10,986 nucleotides of DNA from Candidatus Thorarchaeota archaeon (GCA_016839605.1 JAEOTX010000099.1:1-10986), one strand, 5' to 3'. Shown: positions 1-8,085, counted from the first letter of the stretch. Made by a program: numbers and translations. The notes: generated from the letters alone by a model not told the origin.

Positions 1-1
1 C

Positions 2-880
2 CTTTTTCGCAAAGATTGCTCTGGAGATGTGAGAACACTTCCCCCTTGTGATATAGAATGTCTCTATCTTCATCTCCCGCTGGATCTCTGGAAAGGACTC
101 TATATTGGCCTGCCCCTTTGAGATGACTATATCACTATGCTGCACCGTATCAAGAAACTCCTTGCTCACCCATTTTCTAGGGACACCATAAGCCCACGCC
201 CCCGTGTCAATGATCTTTGAAAGACGGTCTACCTCGGTACCCTCAACATCTGACCTTACAGCATCGTTGGCCAATGGTTTTCCTTTTACTGCGTAGGTGA
301 TATGCCATCCTAAGTCGGTGATCAATCGGAGAAGAGGGACATCCAAGAGGGTTTCACCAGCATTGTCGCCTAGGAAGAGGACCTCTCCTTTCCTAGAGGT
401 TAAAGACTGCCACAGATTCTCTGAGTGGTCGATAGAAAATCCTTCTTCAAGAATCTCTTTGTAGACCTTTGCGAGCTCCTCTAGATCTGGGCTATGACCC
501 GCCGTGTTGAAATCGATGACATTGCCCGCTATAGCTGCTGCAAGAGTCCCTCTCAGTTTCTTATACCCCTTCATCTTTGAGATGGACTGTTCAATGACAG
601 GAAGTACCTTCCTTGCAGCTTGGATGCTCTTCTTCTTTATCTCTGCATAGGGATCTTCTTTGCCGGAGTGAGTGTACAGTTCCCTATAGAGCTCGATTGC
701 CAGTTCTATTGGGGGCTCTCTTTTCTCATACCCCTTGGTGATTCTTTCATAGGCCATGCTCAACATAGTGTACTGTTCTTCCTTGTCGTCAGACAATAAC
801 GGTATTAGAAGTCCAAGAGAATCAATGATGCAAGCAGAACATTCGGGAACGAGAGGGACATTTATCTCGTCTCTAGTCAT
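2..880 (-). CDS. DUF89/ARMT1-like damage-control metal-dependent phosphatase (subfamily I-like), 3' end runs off the window
   Basis: Manually translated and absent from the ORF track. ATG at 880: MTRDEINVPLVPECSACII...EDPYAEIK...AAAIAGNVIDF...LFLGDNAGE...VKGKPLANDA...IVISKGQANIES...RGKC. The N-terminal CxxC and the GNxID, DNAGE, PxxND and KGxxN motifs are typical of DUF89. No stop codon before position 1. Confidence 0.92.
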   Translation of the reverse strand, partial: MTRDEINVPLVPECSACIIDSLGLLIPLLSDDKEEQYTMLSMAYERITKGYEKREPPIELAIELYRELYTHSGKEDPYAEIKKKSIQAARKVLPVIEQSISKMKGYKKLRGTLAAAIAGNVIDFNTAGHSPDLEELAKVYKEILEEGFSIDHSENLWQSLTSRKGEVLFLGDNAGETLLDVPLLRLITDLGWHITYAVKGKPLANDAVRSDVEGTEVDRLSKIIDTGAWAYGVPRKWVSKEFLDTVQHSDIVISKGQANIESFPEIQREMKIETFYITRGKCSHISRAIFAKK

Positions 881-1418
881 TAGTATCTGCTTCCTCACTT
901 GCATTGATCTTTTGTCGAATCATTAGATACGCATCTTCGCCATCACGGTAATAGCCCTTCAGAACTCGACCAACCTCAAAACCCAGTTTCTCGTATACTG
1001 TCACTGCTGCTGCATTGCTCTTTCTGACTTCCAGAAAGAACTCTACTGCACCATAACTAACCATGCCTTCAATACCTTGGTTAATGAGATCTGTTCCAAT
1101 CCCTCTAAATCGATAGTCATGCAATACCGCAACTGAAACGATGTGTCCCTTTTTCACAGGAAACGCTCTCTTGAAGCTCGAAATGCCTCTCTCTATTCTA
1201 CACATGATGTAGCCAATTATTTTCCCATTTGCCAGAGCAGTAAGAAACGCTTTGGGTGCATGCGTATAAAGGCCTAGGAAAAAGGAGCTGGGATAGTTCT
1301 CAGGAAGGCAAGTCTGGTTTATTCTCATGACATTATCTATGTCTTCCTTCAGGAATTCTCGAATGACATACGTTTCTGTCACAGCTTGCCTGCTCCCAGT
1401 TAATCTTGACTCGGTCAC
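873..1418 (-). CDS. rimI: GNAT N-terminal acetyltransferase, archaeal Ard1/RimI family
   Basis: Motifs INQTCLPENY, GYIMCRIE, GHIVSVAV, YRFRGIG (acetyl-CoA-binding motif A), LEVRKSN and YYRDGEDAYLM are characteristic of Ard1/Naa10-like enzymes. GTG start. The end overlaps the next gene's start (ATGACTAG, 8 nt). Confidence 0.93.
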   Translation of the reverse strand: MTESRLTGSRQAVTETYVIREFLKEDIDNVMRINQTCLPENYPSSFFLGLYTHAPKAFLTALANGKIIGYIMCRIERGISSFKRAFPVKKGHIVSVAVLHDYRFRGIGTDLINQGIEGMVSYGAVEFFLEVRKSNAAAVTVYEKLGFEVGRVLKGYYRDGEDAYLMIRQKINASEEADTND

Positions 1419-1477
1419 AGAAAATCAGCCTTCTTTTATGGCTTATGCCGCAGAAAATTAGAAGAAATGGACAAATC

Positions 1478-2227
1478 TTACCGTTTGTCCTCAGCCCACC
1501 GTCGAATATCTTCTGGAGAGAGTATTATGTGTTCATTAGCTGCTGTGATCCAGTTGCGCGCTTTCCAGATTGTGAACTCATGATTCTTTGGAATGCTGAT
1601 TAGCTCATCCTCAATCGCGAGTTCGATTCGATCAAGAATCTCTTCGGCATCAGACAGAGCGAGTTCCAGCACACTGGTCATTCCTGCACCAAGACATATG
1701 CCAATAGCATCAGCTACCCATCCTGCCGCTTCATTGGAATCAACATTGCATGCCTCTGCAACTCTATCGTGGCTTGCTAATGCTAAGTCTTCCAGATTTT
1801 CTACTCCGATGTTTTGGAGCTTCATTCCGTAGGTCTTGCCTATCCCATCAATGACCTCCACTGGAATGTCATGTTCTAGCCCTGATGACTCACTTTCAAC
1901 ATCGTCTACTGGAATAGTGTAGCTTGTGTCTTTCTCCTCTTCTTCTTCCATAGTCACTATCTCTTCGAGAGACTCACGCATTCTCTTCTCTAGGAGGTCA
2001 ATCCTTTCAATAGTCATGCCATCCCAACTTCTCTTTCTGACTACAGGAGGAGGCTGAGTCATAGGTATAGTACAAAACGTGTAAACAATTACGAACATGG
2101 ATGCAAATAGCAATAGCATCGCGGCAACTGTGTTTACCCACCAGAGAAGCACGGATGCGATGATGAGGGCTATAGCTACAATGCTCACGCTTCTATTCCT
2201 CTTCTCTGGCTCCGTGATTCTATCCAT
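1478..2227 (-). CDS. Membrane-anchored helix-hairpin-helix protein (two N-terminal TM helices, acidic linker, DUF4332-like tandem HhH domain)
   Basis: Hydrophobic segments VSIVAIALIIASVLLWWV and AAMLLLFASMFVIVYTF, followed by an acidic linker (MEEEEEKD). HhH motif VIDGIGKTYGMKLQNIGVENLEDLA...WVADA and a degenerate second unit GAGMTSVLELA...NWITAA. Start is either ATG 2227 or TTG 2233. Confidence 0.72.
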   Translation of the reverse strand: MDRITEPEKRNRSVSIVAIALIIASVLLWWVNTVAAMLLLFASMFVIVYTFCTIPMTQPPPVVRKRSWDGMTIERIDLLEKRMRESLEEIVTMEEEEEKDTSYTIPVDDVESESSGLEHDIPVEVIDGIGKTYGMKLQNIGVENLEDLALASHDRVAEACNVDSNEAAGWVADAIGICLGAGMTSVLELALSDAEEILDRIELAIEDELISIPKNHEFTIWKARNWITAANEHIILSPEDIRRWAEDKR

Positions 2228-2270
2228 TCCCAATACACCAATGTTCCTTGAGTCCTACTAATCGCTATTG

Positions 2271-2280
2271 GCTTATAAGC
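2271..2280. promoter_or_regulatory. Palindromic TATA-like element (GCTTATAAGC) in the divergent intergenic region
   Basis: TTATAA core lies about 45 nt upstream of the minus-strand ATG at 2227. Confidence 0.45.
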
Positions 2281-2371
2281 GCAGTCTTTGGGATACATCT
2301 TGTGTTAAATTGGATATCCCCAATTCGTTCATATCCCATTATTGGACTTGGAAGAAACGAGTGATAAACCG

Positions 2372-2944
2372 ATGTCAGCTATACTTGTTGGTGGGACGCC
2401 GGGAACAGGAAAGACTAAGATTGCAAAAATGCTGGGAACTCGACTCAGCGTTCATGTTATTGAGCTTGGCGAACTTGCTGATGGTGCAGGTTGCATCGCA
2501 GCACAAGACAAGGCCAGAGATACTGGCATTATAGACGAAGAATGTTTGGCAGTTGCTATTCAACAAGAAGTAGCTGATATGACAAGACAGCTTGTAATTG
2601 TTGGTCATTACATCGATCTAGTCCCTTATTCAGCTGTTGACCACGTATTCATCTTGAGAACACATCCTGAAACTCTTAGACATAGACTCATAGCTCGTGG
2701 TTGGTCAGAGGAGAAGATTGCCGAAAATGTTGAAGCGGAAGTCATAGGAGTCTGCCAACTGGATGCCTTCGAGTCTTTTGGAGAAGACCTAGTCAATGAA
2801 ATCGATACTACCGATACCACTCCTTCTGAAGTAGTCGATTCAATTCAGAAAATGCTGAAGCAGCCCGTAGAATCGCTGAGAATCGATTGGCTCCGCCAAT
2901 TGGAAGAGGAAGACCGACTTGGAGAGTTCCTCTCTGAAAAGTGA
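2372..2944 (+). CDS. Atypical adenylate kinase, AK6/Fap7/hCINAP family P-loop NTPase
   Basis: Walker A ILVGGTPGTGKT, hhhGH motif (LVIVGH), and the family signature LRTHPETLRHRLIARGWSEEKIAENVEAE. ATG 2372 is preferred over TTG 2342 because the P-loop usually lies within a few residues of the start. Confidence 0.9.
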   Translation: MSAILVGGTPGTGKTKIAKMLGTRLSVHVIELGELADGAGCIAAQDKARDTGIIDEECLAVAIQQEVADMTRQLVIVGHYIDLVPYSAVDHVFILRTHPETLRHRLIARGWSEEKIAENVEAEVIGVCQLDAFESFGEDLVNEIDTTDTTPSEVVDSIQKMLKQPVESLRIDWLRQLEEEDRLGEFLSEK

Positions 2945-2957
2945 ATCGCGGATTCGG

Positions 2958-3575
2958 TTAGACTCTCTCTCTTAGTAGAATCGAAAGAAGAGATAACACA
3001 CCTGTGAGCAGCATTGTCATTGGTGCACCGGTGGGACCAATTGTTGCTGTAGGAAACGCCTGAAGAGCAACGGATATCCAGAAGTATACGTTCATCCCGG
3101 ACATCGCCATCATCATTGCAGGAAACACCGACAGGAATGTTGCCTTTGGATTTGTGTATGCAAGAATCCCAAGTGCGATTAATACGCCCCCAGCAATCAG
3201 TGGGAAGATGAAGAATATGTTGAATGGTTGTAGGGTGCCAGATCCGTTTAGAAAAACATCCCAGAATGTGTCGAATCCAATTCCGGGATCATGAAACATT
3301 GCCTCTAGGAATTCCGTCCAAATTGAGAGAAAGCCTGTGAGAAACAGTACTATTGCAGGCCATCTGTATTGGAGAAGACCAAGCTCTTTCCTCCGGAGCT
3401 GTTTCTTGAGTTCCTTGGCCTTTTTGACCCGTTCTTCCTCTTTTTGTTTCTCAATTTTCCTCTCTCTCTTGGTCAAGGCATCATCCTCTTCTTGTTCCTC
3501 CTCGACCGCATCGATCAGCCCATCTGCTAACTCATCTGAGGATGTATCATCACCTGGCGTTTCTTGTTTGGTCAT
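2958..3575 (-). CDS. Hypothetical membrane protein (acidic N-terminus, charged coiled coil, about 4 TM helices)
   Basis: 205-aa ORF with GAGGT RBS-like and CTTAAATA TATA-like (3600-3607, minus) elements upstream. Four hydrophobic segments in the C-terminal two thirds. Confidence 0.8.
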   Translation of the reverse strand: MTKQETPGDDTSSDELADGLIDAVEEEQEEDDALTKRERKIEKQKEEERVKKAKELKKQLRRKELGLLQYRWPAIVLFLTGFLSIWTEFLEAMFHDPGIGFDTFWDVFLNGSGTLQPFNIFFIFPLIAGGVLIALGILAYTNPKATFLSVFPAMMMAMSGMNVYFWISVALQAFPTATIGPTGAPMTMLLTGVLSLLSILLRERV

Positions 3576-3628
3576 CGAGGCTACCTCAGTCCTGGCATCT
3601 ATTTAAGCATCGGCATCCGGGCGAGCAT

Positions 3629-5515
3629 TTATGCGCGCATTCTAGGCGTTGCCTCAACCTGCTTCACCATCTGATGATTCATTATTCTCCTCACTGATTG
3701 CATGACTTTTTCCACTGAAAGCGCCTTAACGAGGTCTCTTGAATCGATGGGTTTGGAGAGTTTCGATATAGCGACTGAGGTTGCCTCTTGAAGCTCATTA
3801 GAATCCGTCAGATACATCTCATAGACTAGCGCATTTGCAGTTTCCTCCAGGGAGCTAATGGCATCACTTTGTGCGTGATCATCTGTTTCTTGGTGTAATT
3901 CCTGCAACGATCTGAACAATTGTGTGAAGACAGTCTGATCTTTGGGCATCATCAAGGGCAGTTCCTCTATGATTCCTGTATTCAAGCAAGTTGTGAGCTG
4001 GGAATAATTGGTCAGATATTTGATGCAGATGTATCTCACAAACCTCGAATTTAGGATTAGTCCTAATGCTTCAAGTTGAACATCTTCTCGAAGTGGAGTA
4101 ATCTCAACTATTCCTCCTCCGTGAATCATCCCTCTCGGCTTCAAAACGCATCTTGGGTATGGGTAATTCTTTGTAGCTACAAGCAAATGATTATCGTGCG
4201 ACTGCCTTAGCCCACTATCCTCTCGAAACGAGCTATCAGCATAGAGCAGATATCTTTCGTCGAGACGAAATCTCCTGACACTTCGTCCACTGGTGGCATA
4301 CGGAATTCGGAATTGCTCCCTCTTCTTCTTGCTAACATGTGATTTGGCTAAGTCACGCCCCCTCCGTGCTGTTGCCCATCCTTTCGTTGTTCTTTCTAGA
4401 ATACTAGCCATGATGGCATCATAGTAGATTGGAAAGACACCGCTCGAATCCAGAATCTGCCATGGAACTTCTCCCTGCCATTCTATTCCTGTCCGTCTGG
4501 ATTCAACCTTGACAGAATTATGATCAGAGTTTTCTGCTGCCCTACAGAAAATACTCACCATTTCCAGAGTCACGCCCTCAAATGGACTTGCCTCGTCGAC
4601 GATTTTCCAAAGAGGCATTTTCTCAAGGAGGAATCTCCTTACCCGGAAGAATTGCTTTGTCCTTAACACGCTGTTGGGGATTAGAAAGCCAAGATGTCCC
4701 TCTGACCGTATCAATTCTCGAGATCGCGCAATGAAGAGGGCAGCTATATTCCAAGTCCCATTTCTACTGGTGCTAACATCGCTCTTGTGTGTCTTGCTAA
4801 TGATATCTCTCTCGAATCCTGACAGTATGTTGCCGTAAGGGGGATTACCTAGCATCACATCAAATCCTGATTCTTTGTTCATGATTTGACTGAATTCGAT
4901 TGGCCAATGAAAGGGCGAAATCTCGTCCAACTGCTCCTCAAGATTGGTCCCCCCTGTAGTTTTTAGTCTCTCAATAAGGAGATTAGCAAAACACTCCAAG
5001 TCTGCTTGATTACATCCATTCGGTACAGCAGTCCAACCGATGAGACTGTTGCCTTGCTTGATGTTATTGATTTGAATCTCGCTCTTAAGCTGTTTCGAAT
5101 CTCTTGTCCCGGTCCATTTCACCAGCGCATCAACGCAAGTGGAAACCGCATCTGGTCGAACATCAACCCCAAATAGATTGCGAGTCAGAATTTCTGATCT
5201 TAGCACTTGAACAGGCCGGTCATCTCCAAGAGACCTTCGTGTTCTTTCTAGCCATTCAGCCGCAGCACTAAGGAACACACCTTTACCAACAGCAGGATCT
5301 AAGACTGAGATGTTTTCGAGATGCTTGAGCATCTTCGTTCTCCCATTCCTATCTTCGCTTTCAAAAGAAAGATGCGCGTCGAGGGGATTCCCAATATGAT
5401 TGTTGAGAGAAGCCCTAAGAGTCTGACCAGCAATATCATACGCTAGAATCCATGGCGTATAATATATGCCAGTTCTTCTGCTTGCTCTTGGAGCTGGGTT
5501 TCTGTTTCTCACCAT
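3629..5515 (-). CDS. N6-adenine DNA methyltransferase, Eco57I/TaqI-like (gamma order), with C-terminal target-recognition region and no nuclease domain
   Basis: Motif X GIYYTP, motif I VLDPAVGKGVFL, motif II LFGVDV, NIKQGNSLIG, FHWPIEF, catalytic motif IV FDVMLGNPPY, and GHLGFLIPN. The C-terminal LGLILNS motif is typical of TaqI_C-like regions. Confidence 0.9.
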   Translation of the reverse strand: MVRNRNPAPRASRRTGIYYTPWILAYDIAGQTLRASLNNHIGNPLDAHLSFESEDRNGRTKMLKHLENISVLDPAVGKGVFLSAAAEWLERTRRSLGDDRPVQVLRSEILTRNLFGVDVRPDAVSTCVDALVKWTGTRDSKQLKSEIQINNIKQGNSLIGWTAVPNGCNQADLECFANLLIERLKTTGGTNLEEQLDEISPFHWPIEFSQIMNKESGFDVMLGNPPYGNILSGFERDIISKTHKSDVSTSRNGTWNIAALFIARSRELIRSEGHLGFLIPNSVLRTKQFFRVRRFLLEKMPLWKIVDEASPFEGVTLEMVSIFCRAAENSDHNSVKVESRRTGIEWQGEVPWQILDSSGVFPIYYDAIMASILERTTKGWATARRGRDLAKSHVSKKKREQFRIPYATSGRSVRRFRLDERYLLYADSSFREDSGLRQSHDNHLLVATKNYPYPRCVLKPRGMIHGGGIVEITPLREDVQLEALGLILNSRFVRYICIKYLTNYSQLTTCLNTGIIEELPLMMPKDQTVFTQLFRSLQELHQETDDHAQSDAISSLEETANALVYEMYLTDSNELQEATSVAISKLSKPIDSRDLVKALSVEKVMQSVRRIMNHQMVKQVEATPRMRA

Positions 5516-5687
5516 CTCATCATCACGAATCTCAGAATTGTGCTGCGCCTATCCAGAGTAGTCATCAGTGCCATATAATGACAATGGACCTGATTCCAGT
5601 TGTCTTGGCATCAACAGATTGGACTAGGATGTGGAGATCTTCTTCCAAAACAGCAGAAATTGATATGGAATGCTCTCAAAGATTTTT

Positions 5688-5722
5688 GAAAAAAGGGACA
5701 GTGAGTGGGATTGCGCCCACTC
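5688..5722 (-). terminator. Putative terminator of the SPFH gene (hairpin plus T tract)
   Basis: Minus strand reads GAGTGGG-CGCAAT-CCCACTC (7-bp stem, 5703-5722), then ACTGTCCC and TTTTTT. It starts 10 nt after the stop codon. Confidence 0.6.
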
Positions 5723-5732
5723 TACTTGATTT

Positions 5733-6710
5733 CTAACCTATCTTGGTGCCGCAGTTCGGACAGAACTTTGCACCTTCTAGTCCAGTACCACAGTTGGGGC
5801 AGAACTTCGCACCTGCTGGTGCAGCACCTCCGCCTCCTCCGGCGCCCGGTTGCTGTTGTCCACTCATCATTCCGAAAGCGGCTCCAAATCCAGCACCAGG
5901 ACTCTTGCCTAGTGATTCAGCAACATCCTTCTGGGTTTCCGAGCCAATGAGCTGTGAACCACTCACTCCTGCTGTTCTTAGCATGAAGAGTCTCTCACGG
6001 TACTTCTCGGTGGTGTCAATCCCCTCGAACTTCACATCAACTAACTCAAGTCCCAACCTCTCAAAGGCCATTCTGACCTTTGTCTTGACCTTCAGTGAGG
6101 TCTCGTCAAGCTGGGTGAAGACCGCCTGCATGTCATAGTGGGCGAATTCATCAATGATTCGCTCATTCATGAATGATCGCAGGTAGTCGTTGATCTTCTT
6201 GGTGCTGAACGCATTCTGGTTGCCCACAACATCCTGTACGAATATGTTGGCTTCTTTCACGCGGAACCAGAAGTTACCATGGAACATAAGTGGTGCAAGA
6301 TCAGAAGTCTGACCTCGGCCACCAAATTTCCCTTGGAACTGTGAGCGTGAGATGAAGACACAGGTGGATTCAAAGACATCACCTTTGACCTTCTTCTGTA
6401 ACCATCCAACTAGACCAGGCATACTGCTTGTAGTCAGTTTGTGGCGCCCAGCTAGGAATGTGTCCAGAGCCTTGCCATCACGATAGAAGATGGCGGCTTG
6501 GTTTTCCATTACAATGAGCTGTGAGCCCCACTTTACTCTATTATCAGGGTAACGCCAGACAATGTGGTCTGGGCTGGCATTTGTCCACTCTATAGCGTCT
6601 GCCAAATCAGAATCTCTCCTAAATCGAGTTCTGTTTGGTCTAGGGTCTTCATATGTTTTAAACATTGAGATGGTAGGCTCTGCAGAGTACTTCTTGCCTT
6701 CTTGCGACAA
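5733..6710 (-). CDS. Soluble SPFH/Band-7 domain protein (YdjI / 'virion core protein'-like) with Gly-rich linker and C-terminal double zinc ribbon
   Basis: IVWRYP..WGSQLIVMENQAAIFYRDGKALDTF.AGRHKLTT, KFGG, and FERLGLELVDVKFEGI are typical of this SPFH subfamily. Tail contains KFCPNCG twice. No TM helix. Start is TTG 6710 or ATG 6665. Confidence 0.88.
   Translation of the reverse strand: MSQEGKKYSAEPTISMFKTYEDPRPNRTRFRRDSDLADAIEWTNASPDHIVWRYPDNRVKWGSQLIVMENQAAIFYRDGKALDTFLAGRHKLTTSSMPGLVGWLQKKVKGDVFESTCVFISRSQFQGKFGGRGQTSDLAPLMFHGNFWFRVKEANIFVQDVVGNQNAFSTKKINDYLRSFMNERIIDEFAHYDMQAVFTQLDETSLKVKTKVRMAFERLGLELVDVKFEGIDTTEKYRERLFMLRTAGVSGSQLIGSETQKDVAESLGKSPGAGFGAAFGMMSGQQQPGAGGGGGAAPAGAKFCPNCGTGLEGAKFCPNCGTKIG
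5745..5813 (-). repeat. Intragenic 30-bp tandem duplication (39-bp period) encoding GAKFCPNCGT twice
   Basis: ggt gcg aag ttc tgc ccc aac tgt ggt act versus ggt gca aag ttc tgt ccg aac tgc ggc acc. All six differences are synonymous third positions. Confidence 0.85.
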
Positions 6711-6761
6711 TAAATGGGATTAATGGGCGAATGCATATGCCTGACAAGTAATAGTAGGTTG

Positions 6762-7517
6762 TCAGAGAGACAGAGTCATCAAATCCTGTGCGAGTATCAC
6801 TTCTGCCCTTGTCCGTCGTCCAACTGTTGCTTTCACCTGCTTTTCTTTGGCTACTACTTCTGGAGAAATGTGATTAATGACAACCTTGCCTGGCTCGGCG
6901 TGCTCTACAATTTCTGCAAGCTCGCTCGGGCTTGTATGAACTCCCTTGGGATGATCTCCATCTAGCCAATTGCATTCATGAATCAGAATGTCTGCTCCAG
7001 TGGCTAACTCTATGACCTCTCGACATGGTGCTGTATCAGAAGAGTAGACTATCGATTTACCATCATGTTCCACCCTGAATGCTCGGCTTTCAAGCGTGCT
7101 ATGAGTAGTGGGTGCTGTGGAAACAACCACTGGACCTAAATGAATGACATCATCCTCCTTCAGCACTGTCTTTTCGACTAGAAGCTTCTCTCGCAAGTAT
7201 GGGAACGCGATGTCGTACATCCCTCTAGACCACTCTCTCATCCTTGGGGGTGCATAGAGCTCCAATGTCTTATTGTAACCAAGCAGCCAAAGACTCTGGC
7301 AGAAGGATAGAAAATCCGAGCAGTGATCAATATGGAAGTGACTAATGAAGACATGCTCGATTGAGGTGAGGTCAACTCCAGATTGTGTCATTCGCTGCAG
7401 GACTCCAGACCCGACGTCCAGAAGCAACGATATCCCCCCAGCTTCAACTAGAACCCCTGACTGTACTCTGTCTGGATCGGGAAGGGAAGTGCCAGTACCA
7501 AGGAAACTCACTTTCAT
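6762..7517 (-). CDS. MBL-fold metallo-hydrolase, RNase Z/ElaC-like (short form)
   Basis: MKVSFLGTGTS, LLDVGSG, HFHIDH (HxHxDH), TTH, YSSDT, IHEC, HTS and INH motifs. ATG 7517 is preferred as the start. Confidence 0.88.
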   Translation of the reverse strand: MKVSFLGTGTSLPDPDRVQSGVLVEAGGISLLLDVGSGVLQRMTQSGVDLTSIEHVFISHFHIDHCSDFLSFCQSLWLLGYNKTLELYAPPRMREWSRGMYDIAFPYLREKLLVEKTVLKEDDVIHLGPVVVSTAPTTHSTLESRAFRVEHDGKSIVYSSDTAPCREVIELATGADILIHECNWLDGDHPKGVHTSPSELAEIVEHAEPGKVVINHISPEVVAKEKQVKATVGRRTRAEVILAQDLMTLSL

Positions 7518-7568
7518 AGCAATCGAAATCAATCTCAGCTGGCTGTGTAATCAGTCTTCCCTTGATAC

Positions 7569-7946
7569 TTACCTAATCCTTGTAGGGCGGATGAGCTGCT
7601 TGATTGTGTTCTCGAAGACTCTCAGTTCCTTGGTGATTTTTCCGCGTTCGAGGTTTGGCGCTTTCAGTTGGTCACTCAAATCAAAACGGGCAATGTCTCG
7701 GAGAGCTCTCAGGAGTGCAATGGAGTCTACACTGACTCTACCAGCTTGGACATCTCTCCAGAGAGTTTCAAGGGAGTTGACCAGGATTTGCTGTTGCCGC
7801 ATCAGATTCAGTCTTTCATCAGGATGTGCATTCTCATCTAGCAAGGCAGCCATCTCGTTTATTGAATTCAACACGAGTTGAGAAGGGGTCAATGTGATTT
7901 GTTTCTGAGGTTCAGATTCGACTTGGCGCGCCTTGTTTCTTAGCAA
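7569..7946 (-). CDS. Hypothetical small alpha-helical protein
   Basis: 125-aa ORF co-oriented with its neighbours. TTG start is preceded by a GGTGG RBS-like sequence and an ATTAAATA TATA-like element (7980-7987, minus). Amphipathic helical pattern. Confidence 0.7.
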   Translation of the reverse strand: MLRNKARQVESEPQKQITLTPSQLVLNSINEMAALLDENAHPDERLNLMRQQQILVNSLETLWRDVQAGRVSVDSIALLRALRDIARFDLSDQLKAPNLERGKITKELRVFENTIKQLIRPTRIR

Positions 7947-8065
7947 ATATTTCCACCATAATCAGGCGCAGATGCTGGATATTTAATGCCCACCAAAACC
8001 ATGAACACAAAGAGTCTACCTTCCAAGTCTGGTAGGAGAGACTTAAATTCAACACACATTTTGGG

Positions 8066-8076
8066 ATTGTTACAAT
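8066..8076. promoter_or_regulatory. Inverted repeat ATTGT-T-ACAAT near the predicted transcription start of the kinase gene; possible operator
   Basis: Perfect 5-1-5 palindrome between the CTTAAATT TATA-like element (8042-8049) and the ATG at 8086. Confidence 0.35.
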
Positions 8077-8085
8077 GAATAGGGG

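Noticed and set aside
1406-1832. Plus-strand ORFs of 65 and 79 aa
   Set aside because: They are antisense shadows of the HhH gene with Ser-rich, non-protein-like composition.
2268-2820. ORFs 2268-2534 (+), 2375-2608 (-) and 2626-2820 (-)
   Set aside because: They overlap the well-supported AK6/Fap7 gene and show no motifs.
3337-3606. 89-aa plus-strand ORF
   Set aside because: It is a Ser/Phe-rich antisense reading of the K/E-rich coding strand.
5745-5813. Two approximately 30-bp repeats as a mini-CRISPR
   Set aside because: The spacer is only 9 bp, the repeats are in-frame coding duplicates, and there are no cas genes.
5452-6138. Plus-strand ORFs of 94, 81 and 131 aa, including a Pro-rich repeat peptide
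   Set aside because: They are mostly antisense to the MTase and SPFH genes. The repeat's substitutions are synonymous only in the minus-strand frame.
6714-7881. Plus-strand ORFs of 83 and 178 aa
   Set aside because: They are antisense to the MBL hydrolase and the 125-aa gene, with no recognisable domain.
3629-7946. Methyltransferase plus MBL hydrolase as a defence island (BREX, DISARM, CBASS or Pycsar-like)
   Set aside because: No helicase, ATPase, PglZ, cyclase or nuclease partner is present, and a terminator separates the MTase from the upstream genes.
8012-8044. Short inverted repeats CTACC/GGTAG and AAGTCT/AGACTT
   Set aside because: The 5-6 bp arms are mutually overlapping and compatible with chance.
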